The notes under the pieces are model-generated. The model ran no database searches and was not told the origin of the DNA. It saw only the letters and a program-made list of their open reading frames with translations. From Auanema rhodensis (lineage: Eukaryota > Animalia > Nematoda): a stretch of 64,000 bases of DNA. The stretch is taken from contig OZ059894.1 of NCBI GenBank assembly GCA_964057225.1, forward strand, positions 1,364,001-1,428,000, written 5' to 3'. How positions within the stretch are numbered: position 1 is the first letter of the stretch; each line of letters opens with the position of its first letter. The translations under genes and the position numbers were made by a program. Below are positions 9,301-24,922 of this stretch, in pieces.

Positions 9301-12300
9301 TATACTACATTGAGGAACGCTTAATACAAAAATTAGTTATGATCGTTTGAAAAATGATGCATTAGTGTATGTTGAGTTTCCATGTACACTCAACATAGCT
9401 TCCAAAAACATTTTGACAAAAATTTTTTCGAAAAATTTCAAAATAATTTAGCAGAAAGTAGATGTTTTTAGATTCCTTTTTTTAAGGCAAAGACGATGGA
9501 CAATGTTATTCAACGAAAAAATTAATTCTTCAGGGTGAAAATCGAGGATATAAGTGTGAACTTATATCAGTTGATATCTCGGTGCATTTTTAAGCTAGCG
9601 CAAATCTGATAACACAGATCGACGCAGCTTGAAAATCCGCATCGAATGCACTATACTACTTTGAGAAACGCTTAATACAAAAATCAGTTATGATCGTTTG
9701 AAAAATGATGCATTAGTGTATGTTGAGTTTCCATGTACACTCAACATTGCTTCCAAAAACATTTTGACAAAAATTTTCTCGAAAAATTTCAAAATAATTT
9801 AGCAAAAAGTAGATGTTTTTAGATTCCTTTTTTCAAGGCGAAGACGATGGACAATGTTATTCAACGAAAAAATTAATTCTTCAGGGTGAAAATCGAGGAT
9901 ATAAGTGTGAACTTATATCAGTTGATATCTCGGTGCATTTTTAAGCTAGCGCAAATCTGATAACACAGATCGACGCAGCTTGAAAATCCGCATCGAATGC
10001 ACTATACTACTTTGAGAAACGCTTAATACAAAAATTAGTTATGATCGTTTGAAAAATGATGCATTAGTGTATGTTGAGTTTCCATGTACACTCAACATAG
10101 CTTCCAAAAACATTTTGACAAAATTTTTTTCGAAAAATTTCAAAATAATTTAGCAGAAAGTAGATGTTTTTAGATTCCTTTTTTTAAGGCAAAGACGACG
10201 GACAATGTTATTCAACGAAAAAATTAATTCTTCAGGGTGAAAATCGAGGATATAAGTGTGAACTTATATCAGTTGATATCTCGGTGCATTTTTAAGCTAG
10301 CGCAAATCTGATAACACAGATCGACGCAGCTTGAAAATCCGCATCGAATGCACTATACTACTTTGAGAAACGCTTAATACAAAAATTAGTTATGATCGTT
10401 TGAAAAATGATGCATTAGTGTATGTTGAGTTTCCATGTACACTCAACATAGCTTCCAAAAACATTTTGACAAAAATTTTTTCGAAAAATTTCAAAATAAT
10501 TTAGCAGAAAGTAGATGTTTTTAGATTCCTTTTTTTAAGGCAAAGACGATAGACAATGTTATTCAACGAAAAAATTAATTCTTCAGGGTGAAAATCGAGG
10601 ATATAAGTGTGAACTTATATCACTTGATATCTCGGTGCATTTTTAAGCTAGCGCAAATCTGATAACACAGATCGACGCAGCTTGAAAATCCGCATCGAAT
10701 GCATTATACTACTTTGAGAAACGCTTAATACAAAAATTAGTTATGATCGTTTGAAAAATGATGCATTAGTGTATGTTGAGTTTCCATGTACACTCAACAT
10801 AGCTTCCAAAAACATTTTGACAAAATTTTTTTCGAAAAATTTCAAAATAATTTAGCAGAAAGTAGATGTTTTTAGATTCCTTTTTTTAAGGCAAAGACGA
10901 CTGACAATGTTATTCAACGAAAAAATTAATTCTTCAGGGTGAAAATCGAGGATATAAGTGTGAACTTATATCAGTTGATATCTCGGTGCATTTTTAAGCT
11001 AGCGCAAATCTGATAACACAGATCGACGCAGCTTGAAAATCCGCATCGAATGCACTATACTACTTTGAGAAACGCTTAATACAAAAATTAGTTATGATCG
11101 TTTGAAAAATGATGCATTAGTGTATGTTGAGTTTCCATGTACACTCAACATAGCTTCCAAAAACATTTTGACAAAAATTTTTTCGAAAAATTTCTAAATA
11201 ATTTAGCAGAAAGTAGATGTTTTTAGATTCCTTTTTTTAAGGCAAAGACGATAGACAATGTTATTCAACGAAAAAATTAATTCTTCAGGGTGAAAATCGA
11301 GGATATAAGTGTGAACTTATATCAGTTGATATCTCGGTGCATTTTTAAGCTAGCGCAAATCTGATAACACAGATCGACGCAGCTTGAAAATCCGCATCGA
11401 ATGCACTATACTACATTGAGGAACGCTTAATACAAAAATTAGTTATGATCGTTTGAAAAATGATGCATTAGTGTATGTTGAGTTTCCATGTACACTCAAC
11501 ATTGCTTCCAAAAACATTTTGACAAAAATTTTTTCGAAAAATTTCAGAATAATTTAGCAGAAAGTAGATGTTTTTAGATTCCTTTTTTCAAGGCAAAGAC
11601 GATGGACAATGTTATTCAACGAAAAAATTAATTCTTCAGGGTGAAAATCGAGGATATAAGTGTGAACTTATATCAGTTGATATCTCGGTGCATTTTTAAG
11701 CTAGCGCAAATCTGATAACACAGATCGACGCAGCTTGAAAATCCGCATCGAATGCACTATACTACTTTGAGAAACGCTTAATACAAAAATTAGTTATGAT
11801 CGTTTGAAAAATGATGCATTAGTGTATGTTGAGTTTCCATGTACACTCAACATAGCTTCCAAAAACATTTTGACAAAAATTTTTTCGAAAAATTTCAGAA
11901 TAATTTAGCAAAAAGTAGATGTTTTTAGATTTCTTTTTTTAAGGCAAAGACGATGGACAATGTTATTCAACGAAAAAATTAATTCTTCAGGGTGAAAATC
12001 GAGGATATAAGTGTGAACTTATATCAGTTGATATCTCGGTGCATTTTTAAGCTAGCGCAAATCTGATAACACAGATCGACGCAGCTTGAAAATCCGCATC
12101 GAATGCACTATACTACTTTGAGAAACGCTTAATACAAAAATTAGTTATGATCGTTTGAAAAATGATGCATTAGTGTATGTTGAGTTTCCATGTACACTCA
12201 ACATTGCTTCCAAAAACATTTTGACAAAAATTTTTTCGAAAAATTTCAGAATATTTTAGCAAAAAGTAGATGTTTTTAGATTCCTTTTTTCAATGCAAAG

Positions 12301-14392
12301 ACGATGGACAATGTTATTCAACGAAAAAATTAATTCTTCAGGGTGAAAATCGAGGATATAAGTGTGAACTTATATCAGTTGATATCTCGGTGCATTTTTA
12401 AGCTAGCGCAAATCTGATAACACAGATCGACGCAGCTTGAAAATCCGCATCGAATGCACTATACTACATTGAGGAACGCTTAATACAAAAATTAGTTATG
12501 ATCGTTTGAAAAATGATGCATTAGTGTATGTTGAGTTTCCATGTACACTCAACATAGCTTCCAAAAACATTTTGACAAAAATTTTTTCGAAAAATTTCAG
12601 AATAATTTAGCAAAAAGTAGATGTTTTTAGATTTCTTTTTTTGAGGCAAAGACGATGGACAATGTTATTCAACGAAAAAATTAATTCTTCAGGGTGAAAA
12701 TCGAGGATATAAGTGTGAACTTATATCAGTTGATATCTCGGTGCATTTTTAAGCTAGCGCAAATCTGATAACACAGATCGACGCAGCTTGAAAATCCGCA
12801 TCGAATGCACTATACTACATTGAGGAACGCTTAATACAAAAATTAGTTATGATCGTTTGAAAAATGATGCATTAGTGTATGTTGAGTTTCCATGTACACT
12901 CAACATTGCTTCCAAAAACATTTTGACAAAAATTTTTTCGAAAAATTTCAAATTAATTTAGCAGAATGTATATGTTTTTAGATTCCTTTTTTCAAGGCAA
13001 AGACGATGGACAATGTTATTCAACGAAAAAATTAATTCTTCAGGGTGAAAATCGAGGATATAAGTGTGAACTTATATCAGTTGATATCTCGGTGCATTTT
13101 TAAGCTAGCGCAAATCTGATAACACAGATCGACGCAGCTTAAAAATCCGCATCGAATGCACTATACTACATTGAGGAACGCTTAATACAAAAATTAGTTA
13201 TGATCGTTTGAAAAATGATGCATTAGTGTATGTTGAGTTTCCATGTACACTCAACATTGCTTCCAAAAACATTTTGACAAAAATTTTTTCGAAAAATTTC
13301 AGAATAATTTAGCAAAAAGTAGATGTTTTTAGATTTCTTTTTTCAAGGCAAAGACGATGGACAATGTTATTCAACGAAAAAATTAATTCTTCAGGGTGAA
13401 AATCGAGGATATAAGTGTGAACTTATATCAGTTGATATCTCGGTGCATTTTTAAGCTAGCGCAAATCTGATAACACAGATCGACGCAGCTTGAAAATCCG
13501 CATCGAATGCACTATACTACTTTGAGAAACGCTTAATACAAAAATTAGTTATGATCGTTTGAAAAATGATGCATTAGTGTATGTTGAGTTTCCATGTACA
13601 CTCAACATTGCTTCCAAAAACATTTTGACAAAAATTTTTTCGAAAAATTTCAAATCAATTTAGCAGAAAGTATATGTTTTTAGATTCCTTTTTTCAAGGC
13701 AAAGACGATGGACAATGTTAGTCAACGAAAAAATTAATTCTTCAGGGTGAAAATCGAGGATATAAGTGTGAACTTATATCAGTTGATATCTCGGTGCATT
13801 TTTAAGCTAGCGCAAATCTGATAACACAGATCGACGCAGCTTGAAAATCCGCATCGAATGCACTATACTACTTTGAGAAACGCTTAATACAAAAATTAGT
13901 TATGATCGTTTGAAAAATGATGCATTAGTGTATGTTGAGTTTCCATGTACACTCAACATTGCTTCCAAAAACATTTTGACAAAAATTTTTTCGAAAAATT
14001 TCAAATTAATTTAGCAGAATGTATATGTTTTTAGATTCCTTTTTTCAAGGCAAAGACGATGGACAATGTTATTCAACGAAAAAATTAATTCTTCAGGGTG
14101 AAAATCGAGGATATAAGTGTGAACTTATATCAGTTGATATCTCGGTGCATTTTTAAGCTAGCGCAAATCTGATAACACAGATCGACGCAGCTTAAAAATC
14201 CGCATCGAATGCACTATACTACATTGAGGAACGCTTAATACAAAAATTAGTTATGATCGTTTGAAAAATGATGCATTAGTGTATGTTGAGTTTCCATGTA
14301 CACTCAACATTGCTTCCAAAAACATTTTGACAAAAATTTTTTCGAAAAATTTCAGAATAATTTAGCAAAAAGTAGATGTTTTTAGATTTCTT

Positions 14393-16320
14393 TTTTCAAG
14401 GCAAAGACGATGGACAATGTTATTCAACGAAAAAATTAATTCTTCAGGGTGAAAATCGAGGATATAAGTGTGAACTTATATCAGTTGATATCTCGGTGCA
14501 TTTTTAAGCTAGCGCAAATCTGATAACACAGATCGACGCAGCTTGAAAATCCGCATCGAATGCACTATACTACTTTGAGAAACGCTTAATACAAAAATTA
14601 GTTATGATCGTTTGAAAAATGATGCATTAGTGTATGTTGAGTTTCCATGTACACTCAACATTGCTTCCAAAAACATTTTGACAAAAATTTTTTCGAAAAA
14701 TTTCAAATCAATTTAGCAGAAAGTATATGTTTTTAGATTCCTTTTTTCAAGTCAAAGACGATGGACAATGTTAGTCAACGAAAAAATTAATTCTTCAGGG
14801 TGAAAATCGAGGATATAAGTGTGAACTTATATCAGTTGATATCTCGGTGCATTTTTAAGCTAGCGCAAATCTGATAACACAGATCGACGCAGCTTAAAAA
14901 TCCGCATCGAATGCACTATACTACTTTGAGAAACGCTTAATACAAAAATTAGTTATGATCGTTTGAAAAATGATGCATTAGTGTATGTTGAGTTTCCATG
15001 TACACTCAACATTGCTTCCAAAAACATTTTGACAAAAATTTTTTCGAAAAATTTCAGAATAATTTAGCAAAAAGTAGATGTTTTTAGATTTCTTTTTTCA
15101 AGGCAAAGACGATGGACAATGTTATTCAACGAAAAAATTAATTCTTCAGGGTGAAAATCGAGGATATAAGTGTGAACTTATATCAGTTGATATCTCGGTG
15201 CATTTTTAAGCTAGCGCAAATCTGATAACACAGATCGACGCAGCTTGAAAATCCGCATCGAATGCACTATACTACTTTGAGAAACGCTTAATACAAAAAT
15301 TAGTTATGATCGTTTGAAAAATGATGCATTAGTGTATGTTGAGTTTCCATGTACACTCAACATTGCTTCCAAAAACATTTTGACAAAAATTTTTTCGAAA
15401 AATTTCAAATCAATTTAGCAGAAAGTATATGTTTTTAGATTCCTTTTTTCAAGTCAAAGACGATGGACAATGTTAGTCAACGAAAAAATTAATTCTTCAG
15501 GGTGAAAATCGAGGATATAAGTGTGAACTTATATCAGTTGATATCTCGGTGCATTTTTAAGCTAGCGCAAATCTGATAACACAGATCGACGCAGCTTAAA
15601 AATCCGCATCGAATGCACTATACTACTTTGAGAAACGCTTAATACAAAAATTAGTTATGATCGTTTGAAAAATGATGCATTAGTGTATGTTGAGTTTCCA
15701 TGTACACTCAACATTGCTTCCAAAAACATTTTGACAAAAATTTTTTCGAAAAATTTCAGAATAATTTAGCAAAAAGTAGATGTTTTTAGATTTCTTTTTT
15801 CAAGGCAAAGACGATGGACAATGTTATTCAACGAAAAAATTAATTCTTCAGGGTGAAAATCGAGGATATAAGTGTGAACTTATATCAGTTGATATCTCGG
15901 TGCATTTTTAAGCTAGCGCAAATCTGATAACACAGATCGACGCAGCTTGAAAATCCGCATCGAATGCACTATACTACTTTGAGAAACGCTTAATACAAAA
16001 ATTAGTTATGATCGTTTGAAAAATGATGCATTAGTGTATGTTGAGTTTCCATGTACACTCAACATTGCTTCCAAAAACATTTTGACAAAAATTTTTTCGA
16101 AAAATTTCAAATCAATTTAGCAGAAAGTATATGTTTTTAGATTCCTTTTTTCAAGTCAAAGACGATGGACAATGTTAGTCAACGAAAAAATTAATTCTTC
16201 AGGGTGAAAATCGAGGATATAAGTGTGAACTTATATCAGTTGATATCTCGGTGCATTTTTAAGCTAGCGCAAATCTGATAACACAGATCGACGCAGCTTA
16301 AAAATCCGCATCGAATGCAC
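14393..16320. repeat. 2-monomer (702-bp) unit present about three times
   Basis: The private AAGTCAAAG variant occurs at 14752, 15454 and 16156 (spacing 702), each time with GTTAGTC and A153. Confidence 0.85.
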
Positions 16321-17200
16321 TATACTACATTGAGGAACGCTTAATACAAAAATTAGTTATGATCGTTTGAAAAATGATGCATTAGTGTATGTTGAGTTTC
16401 CATGTACACTCAACATTGCTTCCAAAAACATTTTGACAAAAATTTTTTCGAAAAATTTCAAATTAATTTAGCAGAATGTATATGTTTTTAGATTCCTTTT
16501 TTCAAGGCAAAGACGATGGACAATGTTATTCAACGAAAAAATTAATTCTTCAGGGTGAAAATCGAGGATATAAGTGTGAACTTATATCAGTTGATATCTC
16601 GGTGCATTTTTAAGCTAGCGCAAATCTGATAACACAGATCGACGCAGCTTAAAAATCCGCATCGAATGCACTATACTACATTGAGGAACGCTTAATACAA
16701 AAATTAGTTATGATCGTTTGAAAAATGATGCATTAGTGTATGTTGAGTTTCCATGTACACTCAACATTGCTTCCAAAAACATTTTGACAAAAATTTTTTC
16801 GAAAAATTTCAGAATAATTTAGCAAAAAGTAGATGTTTTTAGATTCCTTTTTTCAAGGCAAAGACGATGGACAATGTTATTCAACGAAAAAATTAATTCT
16901 TCAGGGTGAAAATCGAGGATATAAGTGTGAACTTATATCAGTTGATATCTCGGTGCATTTTTAAGCTAGCGCAAATCTGATAACACAGATCGACGCAGCT
17001 TGAAAATCCGCATCGAATGCACTATACTACTTTGAGAAACGCTTAATACAAAAATTAGTTATGATCGTTTGAAAAATGATGCATTAGTGTATGTTGAGTT
17101 TCCATGTACACTCAACATTGCTTCCAAAAACATTTTGACAAAAATTTTTTCGAAAAATTTCAAATCAATTTAGCAGAAAGTATATGTTTTTAGATTCCTT

Positions 17201-20200
17201 TTTTCAAGGCAAAGACGATGGACAATGTTAGTCAACGAAAAAATTAATTCTTCAGGGTGAAAATCGAGGATATAAGTGTGAACTTATATCAGTTGATATC
17301 TCGGTGCATTTTTAAGCTAGCGCAAATCTGATAACACAGATCGACGCAGCTTGAAAATCCGCATCGAATGCACTATACTACATTGAGGAACGTTTAATAC
17401 AAAAATTAGTTATGATCGTTTGAAAAATGATGCATTAGTGTATGTTGAGTTTCCATGTACACTCCACATTGCTTCCAAAAACATTTTGACAAAAATTTTT
17501 TTGAAAAATTTCAAAATAATTTAGCAGAAAGTAGATGTTTTTAGATTCCTTTTTTCAAGGCAAAGACGATGGACAATGTTATTCAACGAAAAAATTAATT
17601 CTTCAGGGAGAAAATCGAGGATATAAGTGTTAACTTATATCAGTTGATATCTCGGTGCATTTTTAAGCTAGCGCAAATCTGATAACACAGATCGACGCAG
17701 CTTGAAAATCCGCATCGAATGCACTATACTACATTGAGGAACGCTTAATACAAAAATTAGTTATGATCGTTTGAAAAATGATGCATTAGTGTATGTTGAG
17801 TTTCCATGTACACTCAACATTGCTTCCAAAAACATTTTGACAAAAATTTTTTCGAAAAATTTCAGAATATTTTAGCAAAAAGTAGATGTTTTTAGATTCC
17901 TTTTTTCAAGGCAAAGACGATGGACAATGTTATTCAACGAAAAAATTAATTCTTCAGGGTGAAAATCGAGGATATAAGTGTGAACTTATATCAGTTGATA
18001 TCTCGGTGCATTTTTAAGCTAGCGCAAATCTGATAACACAGATCGACGCAGCTTGAAAATCCGCATCTAATGCACTATACTACTTTGAGAAACGCTTGAT
18101 ACAAAAATGAGTTATGATCGTTTGAAAAATGATGCATTAGTGTATGTTGAGTTTCCATGTACACTCAACATTGCTTCCAAAAACATTTTGACAAAAATTT
18201 TTTCGAAAAATTTCAAAATAATTTAGCAAAAAGTAGATGTTTTTAGATTCTTTTTTTCAAGGCGAAGACGATCGACAATGTTATTCAACGAAAAAATTAA
18301 TTCTTCAGGGTGAAAATCGAGGATATAAGTGTGAACTTATATCAGTTGATATCTCGGTGCATTTTTAAGCTAGCGCAAATCTGATAACACAGATCGACGC
18401 AGCTTAAAAATCCGCATCGAATGCACTATACTTCATTGAGGAACGCTTAATACAAAAATTAGTTATGATCGTTTGAAAAATGATGCATTAGTGTATGTTG
18501 AGTTTCCATGTACACTCAACATTGCTTCCAAAAACATTTTGACAAAAATTTTTTCGAAAAATTTCAAATCAATTTAGCAGAAAGTATATGTTTTTAGATT
18601 CCTTTTTTCAAGGCAAAGACGATGGACAATGTTAGTCAACGAAAAAATTAATTCTTCAGGGTGAAAATCGAGGATATAAGTGTGAACTTATATCAGTTGA
18701 TATCTCGGTGCATTTTTAAGCTAGCGCAAATCTGATAACACAGATCGACGCAGCTTAAAAATCCGCATCGAATGCACTATACTACATTGAGGAACGCTTA
18801 ATACAAAAATTAGTTATGATCGTTTGAAAAATGATGCATTAGTGTATGTTGAGTTTCCATGTACACTCAACATTGCTTCCAAAAACATTTTGACAAAAAT
18901 TTTTTCGAAAAATTTCAAATCAATTTAGCAGAAAGTATATGTTTTTAGATTCCTTTTTTCAAGGCAAAGACGATGGACAATGTTAGTCAACGAAAAAATT
19001 AATTCTTCAGGGTGAAAATCGAGGATATAAGTGTGAACTTATATCAGTTGATATCTCGGTGCATTTTTAAGCTAGCGCAAATCTGATAACACAGATCGAC
19101 GCAGCTTGAAAATCCGCATCGAATGCACTATACTACATTGAGGAACGTTTAATACAAAAATTAGTTATGATCGTTTGAAAAATGATGCATTAGTGTATGT
19201 TGAGTTTCCATGTACACTCCACATTGCTTCCAAAAACATTTTGACAAAAATTTTTTCGAAAAATTTCAAAATAATTTAGCAGAAAGTAGATGTTTTTAGA
19301 TTCCTTTTTTCAAGGCAAAGACGATGGACAATGTTATTCAACGAAAAAATTAATTCTTCAGGGAGAAAATCGAGGATATAAGTGTTAACTTATATCAGTT
19401 GATATCTCGGTGCATTTTTAAGCTAGCGCAAATCTGATAACACAGATCGACGCAGCTTGAAAATCCGCATCGAATGCACTATACTACATTGAGGAACGCT
19501 TAATACAAAAATTAGTTATGATCGTTTGAAAAATGATGCATTAGTGTATGTTGAGTTTCCATGTACACTCAACATTGCTTCCAAAAACATTTTGACAAAA
19601 ATTTTTTCGAAAAATTTCAAAATATTTTAGCAAAAAGTAGATGTTTTTAGATTCCTTTTTTCAAGGCAAAGACGATGGACAATGTTATTCAACGAAAAAA
19701 TTAATTCTTCAGGGTGAAAATCGAGGATATAAGTGTGAACTTATATCAGTTGATATCTCGGTGCATTTTTAAGCTAGCGCAAATCTGATAACACAGATCG
19801 ACGCAGCTTGAAAATCCGCATCTAATGCACTATACTACTTTGAGAAACGCTTAATACAAAAATGAGTTATGATCGTTTGAAAAATGATGCATTAGTGTAT
19901 GTTGAGTTTCCATGTACACTCAACATTGCTTCCAAAAACATTTTGACAAAAATTTTTTCGAAAAATTTCAAAATAATTTAGCAAAAAGTAGATGTTTTTA
20001 GATTCTTTTTTTCAAGGCGAAGACGATCGACAATGTTATTCAACGAAAAAATTAATTCTTCAGGGTGAAAATCGAGGATATAAGTGTGAACTTATATCAG
20101 TTGATATCTCGGTGCATTTTTAAGCTAGCGCAAATCTGATAACACAGATCGACGCAGCTTAAAAATCCGCATCGAATGCACTATACTTCATTGAGGAACG

Positions 20201-20270
20201 CTTAATACAAAAATTAGTTATGATCGTTTGAAAAATGATGCATTAGTGTATGTTGAGTTTCCATGTACAC
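17201..20270. repeat. 5-monomer (1755-bp) duplication
   Basis: The series GTTAGTC+CGTTT+CTCCAC / GGGAGA+GTTAAC / GCATCTA+ATGAG / GGCGAAGACGATCG+CTTCATT repeats at +1755 (e.g. 18261 and 20016). Confidence 0.85.
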
Positions 20271-23200
20271 TCAACATAGCTTCCAAAAACATTTTGACAA
20301 AAATTTTTTCGAAAAATTTCAAAATAATTTAGCAAAAAGTAGATGTTTTTAGATTCCTTTTTTCAAGGCAAAGACGATGGACAATGTTATTCAACGAAAA
20401 AATTAATTCTTCAGGGTGAAAATCGAGGATATAAGTGTGAACTTATATCAGTTGATATCTCGGTGCATTTTTAAGCTAGCGCAAATCTGATAACACAGAT
20501 CGACGCAGCTTAAAAATCCGCATCGAATGCACTATACTACATTGAGGAACGCTTAATACAAAAATTAGTTATGATCGTTTGAAAAATGATGCATTAGTGT
20601 ATGTTGAGTTTCCATGTACACTCAACATTGCTTCCAAAAACATTTTGACAAAAATTTTTTCGAAAAATTTCAAAATAATTTAGCAGAAAGTAGATGTTTT
20701 TAGATTCCTTTTTTCAAGGCAAAGACGATGGACAATGTTATTCAACGAAAAAATTAATTCTTCAGGGAGAAAATCGAGGATATAAGTGTTAACTTATATC
20801 AGTTGATATCTCGGTGCATTTTCAAGCTAGCGCAAATCTGATAACACAGATCGACGCAGCTTGAAAATCCGCATCGAATGCACTATACTACATTGAGGAA
20901 CGCTTAATACAAAAATTAGTTATGATCGTTTGAAAAATGATGCATTAGTGTATGTTGAGTTTCCATGTACACTCAACATAGCTTCCAAAAACATTTTGAC
21001 AAAAATTTTTTCGAAAAATTTCAGAATAATTTAGCAAAAAGTAGATGTTTTTAGATTCCTTTTTTCAAGGCAAAGACGATGGACAATGTTATTCAACGAA
21101 AAAATTAATTCTTCAGGGTGAAAATCGAGGATATAAGTGTGAACTTATATCAGTTGATATCTCGGTGCATTTTTAAGCTAGCGCAAATCTGATAACACAG
21201 ATCGACGCAGCTTGAAAATCCGCATCTAATGCACTATACTACTTTGAGAAACGCTTAATACAAAAATTAGTTATGATCGTTTGAAAAATGATGCATTAGT
21301 GTATGTTGAGTTTCCATGTACACTCAACATTGCTTCCAAAAACATTTTGACAAAAATTTTTTCGAAAAATTTCAAAATAATTTAGCAAAAAGTAGATGTT
21401 TTTAGATTCCTTTTTTCAAGGCAAAGACGATGGACAATGTTATTCAACGAAAAAATTAATTCTTCAGGGTGAAAATCGAGGATATAAGTGTGAACTTATA
21501 TCAGTTGATATCTCGGTGCATTTTTAAGCTAGCGCAAATCTGATAACACAGATCGACGCAGCTTAAAAATCCGCATCGAATGCACTATACTTCATTGAGG
21601 AACGCTTAATACAAAAATTAGTTATGATCGTTTGAAAAATGATGCATTAGTGTATGTTGAGTTTCCATGTACACTCAACATAGCTTCCAAAAACATTTTG
21701 ACAAAAATTTTTTCGAAAAATTTCAAAATAATTTAGCAAAAAGTAGATGTTTTTAGATTCCTTTTTTCAAGGCAAAGACGATGGACAATGTTATTCAACG
21801 AAAAAATTAATTCTTCAGGGTGAAAATCGAGGATATAAGTGTGAACTTATATCAGTTGATATCTCGGTGCATTTTTAAGCTAGCGCAAATCTGATAACAC
21901 AGATCGACGCAGCTTGAAAATCCGCATCGAATGCACTATACTACATTGAGGAACGCTTAATACAAAAATTAGTTATGATCGTTTGAAAAATGATGCATTA
22001 GTGTATGTTGAGTTTCCATGTACACTCAACATTGCTTCCAAAAACATTTTGACAAAAATTTTTTCGAAAAATTTCAAAATAATTTAGCAAAAAGTAGATG
22101 TTTTTAGATTCCTTTTTTCAAAGCAAAGACGATGGACAATGTTATTCAACGAAAAAATTAATTCTTCAGGGTGAAAATCGAGGATATAAGTGTGAACTTA
22201 TATCAGTTGATATCTCGGTGCATTTTTAAGCTAGCGCAAATCTGATAACACAGATCGACGCAGCTTGAAAATCCGCATCTAATGCACTATACTACTTTGA
22301 GAAACGCTTAATACAAAAATGAGTTATGATCGTTTGAAAAATGATGCATTAGTGTATGTTGAGTTTCCATGTACACTCAACATTGCTTCCAAAAACATTT
22401 TGACAAAAATTTTTTCGAAAAATTTCAAAATAATTTAGCAAAAAGTAGATGTTTTTAGATTCTTTTTTTCAAGGCAAAGACGATGGACAATGTTATTCAA
22501 CGAAAAAATTAATTCTTCAGGGTGAAAATCGAGGATATAAGTGTGAATTTATATCAGTTGATATCTCGGTGCATTTTTAAGCTAGCGCAAATCTGATAAC
22601 ACAGATCGACGCAGCTTGAAAATCCGCATCGAATGCACTATACTACTTTGAGAAACGCTTAATACAAAAATTAGTTATGATCGTTTGAAAAATGATGCAT
22701 TAGTGTATGTTGAGTTTCCATGTACACTCAACATTGCTTCCAAAAACATTTTGACAAAAATTTTTTCGAAAAATTTCAAATTAATTTAGCAGAAAGTATA
22801 TGTTTTTAGATTCCTTTTTTCAAGGCAAAGACGATGGACAATGTTATTCAACGAAAAAATTAATTCTTCAGGGTGAAAATCGAGGATATAAGTGTGAACT
22901 TATATCAGTTGATATCTCGGTGCATTTTTAAGCTAGCGCAAATCTGATAACACAGATCGACGCAGCTTGAAAATCCGCATCGAATGCACTATACTACATT
23001 GAGGAACGCTTAATACAAAAATTAGTTATGATCGTTTGAAAAATGATGCATTAGTGTATGTTGAGTTTCCATGTACACTCCACATTGCTTCCAAAAACAT
23101 TTTGACAAAAATTTTTTCGAAAAATTTCAAAATAATTTAGCAGAAAGTAGATGTTTTTAGATTCCTTTTTTCAAGGCAAAGACGATGGACAATGTTATTC

Positions 23201-24922
23201 AACGAAAAAATTAATTCTTCAGGGAGAAAATCGAGGATATAAGTGTTAACTTATATCAGTTGATATCTCGGTGCATTTTTAAGCTAGCGCAAATCTGATA
23301 ACACAGATCGACGCAGCTTGAAAATCCGCATCGAATGCACTATACTACATTGAGGAACGCTTAATACAAAAATTAGTTATGATCGTTTGAAAAATGATGC
23401 ATTAGTGTATGTTGAGTTTCCATGTACACTCAACATTGCTTCCAAAAACATTTTGACAAAAATTTTTTCGAAAAATTTCAAAATATTTTAGCAAAAAGTA
23501 GATGTTTTTAGATTCCTTTTTTCAAGGCAAAGACGATGGACAATGTTATTCAACGAAAAAATTAATTCTTCAGGGTGAAAATCGAGGATATAAGTGTTAA
23601 CTTATATCAGTTGATATCTCGGTGCATTTTTAAGCTAGCGCAAATCTGATAACACAGATCGACGCAGCTTGAAAATCCGCATCGAATGCACTATACTACA
23701 TTGAGGAACGCTTAATACAAAAATTAGTTATGATCGTTTGAAAAATGATGCATTAGTGTATGTTGAGTTTCCATGTACACTCAACATTGCTTCCAAAAAC
23801 ATTTTGACAAAAATTTTTTCGAAAAATTTCAAAATATTTTAGCAAAAAGTAGATGTTTTTAGATTCCTTTTTTCAAGGCAAAGACGATGGACAATGTTAT
23901 TCAACGAAAAAATTAATTCTTCAGGGTGAAAATCGAGGATATAAGTGTGAACTTATATCAGTTGATATCTCGGTGCATTTTTAAGCTAGCGCAAATCTGA
24001 TAACACAGATCGACGCAGCTTGAAAATCCGCATCTAATGCACTATACTACTTTGAGAAACGCTTAATACAAAAATTAGTTATGATCGTTTGAAAAATGAT
24101 GCATTAGTGTATGTTGAGTTTCCATGTACACTCCACATTGCTTCCAAAAACATTTTGACAAAAATTTTTTCGAAAAATTTCAAAATAATTTAGCAGAAAG
24201 TAGATGTTTTTAGATTCCTTTTTTCAAGGCAAAGACGATGGACAATGTTATTCAACGAAAAAATTAATTCTTCAGGGAGAAAATCGAGGATATAAGTGTT
24301 AACTTATATCAGTTGATATCTCGGTGCATTTTTAAGCTAGCGCAAATCTGATAACACAGATCGACGCAGCTTGAAAATCCGCATCGAATGCACTATACTA
24401 CATTGAGGAACGCTTAATACAAAAATTAGTTATGATCGTTTGAAAAATGATGCATTAGTGTATGTTGAGTTTCCATGTACACTCAACATTGCTTCCAAAA
24501 ACATTTTGACAAAAATTTTTTCGAAAAATTTCAAAATATTTTAGCAAAAAGTAGATGTTTTTAGATTCCTTTTTTCAAGGCAAAGACGATGGACAATGTT
24601 ATTCAACGAAAAAATTAATTCTTCAGGGTGAAAATCGAGGATATAAGTGTTAACTTATATCAGTTGATATCTCGGTGCATTTTTAAGCTAGCGCAAATCT
24701 GATAACACAGATCGACGCAGCTTGAAAATCCGCATCGAATGCACTATACTACATTGAGGAACGCTTAATACAAAAATTAGTTATGATCGTTTGAAAAATG
24801 ATGCATTAGTGTATGTTGAGTTTCCATGTACACTCAACATTGCTTCCAAAAACATTTTGACAAAAATTTTTTCGAAAAATTTCAAAATATTTTAGCAAAA
24901 AGTAGATGTTTTTAGATTCCTT

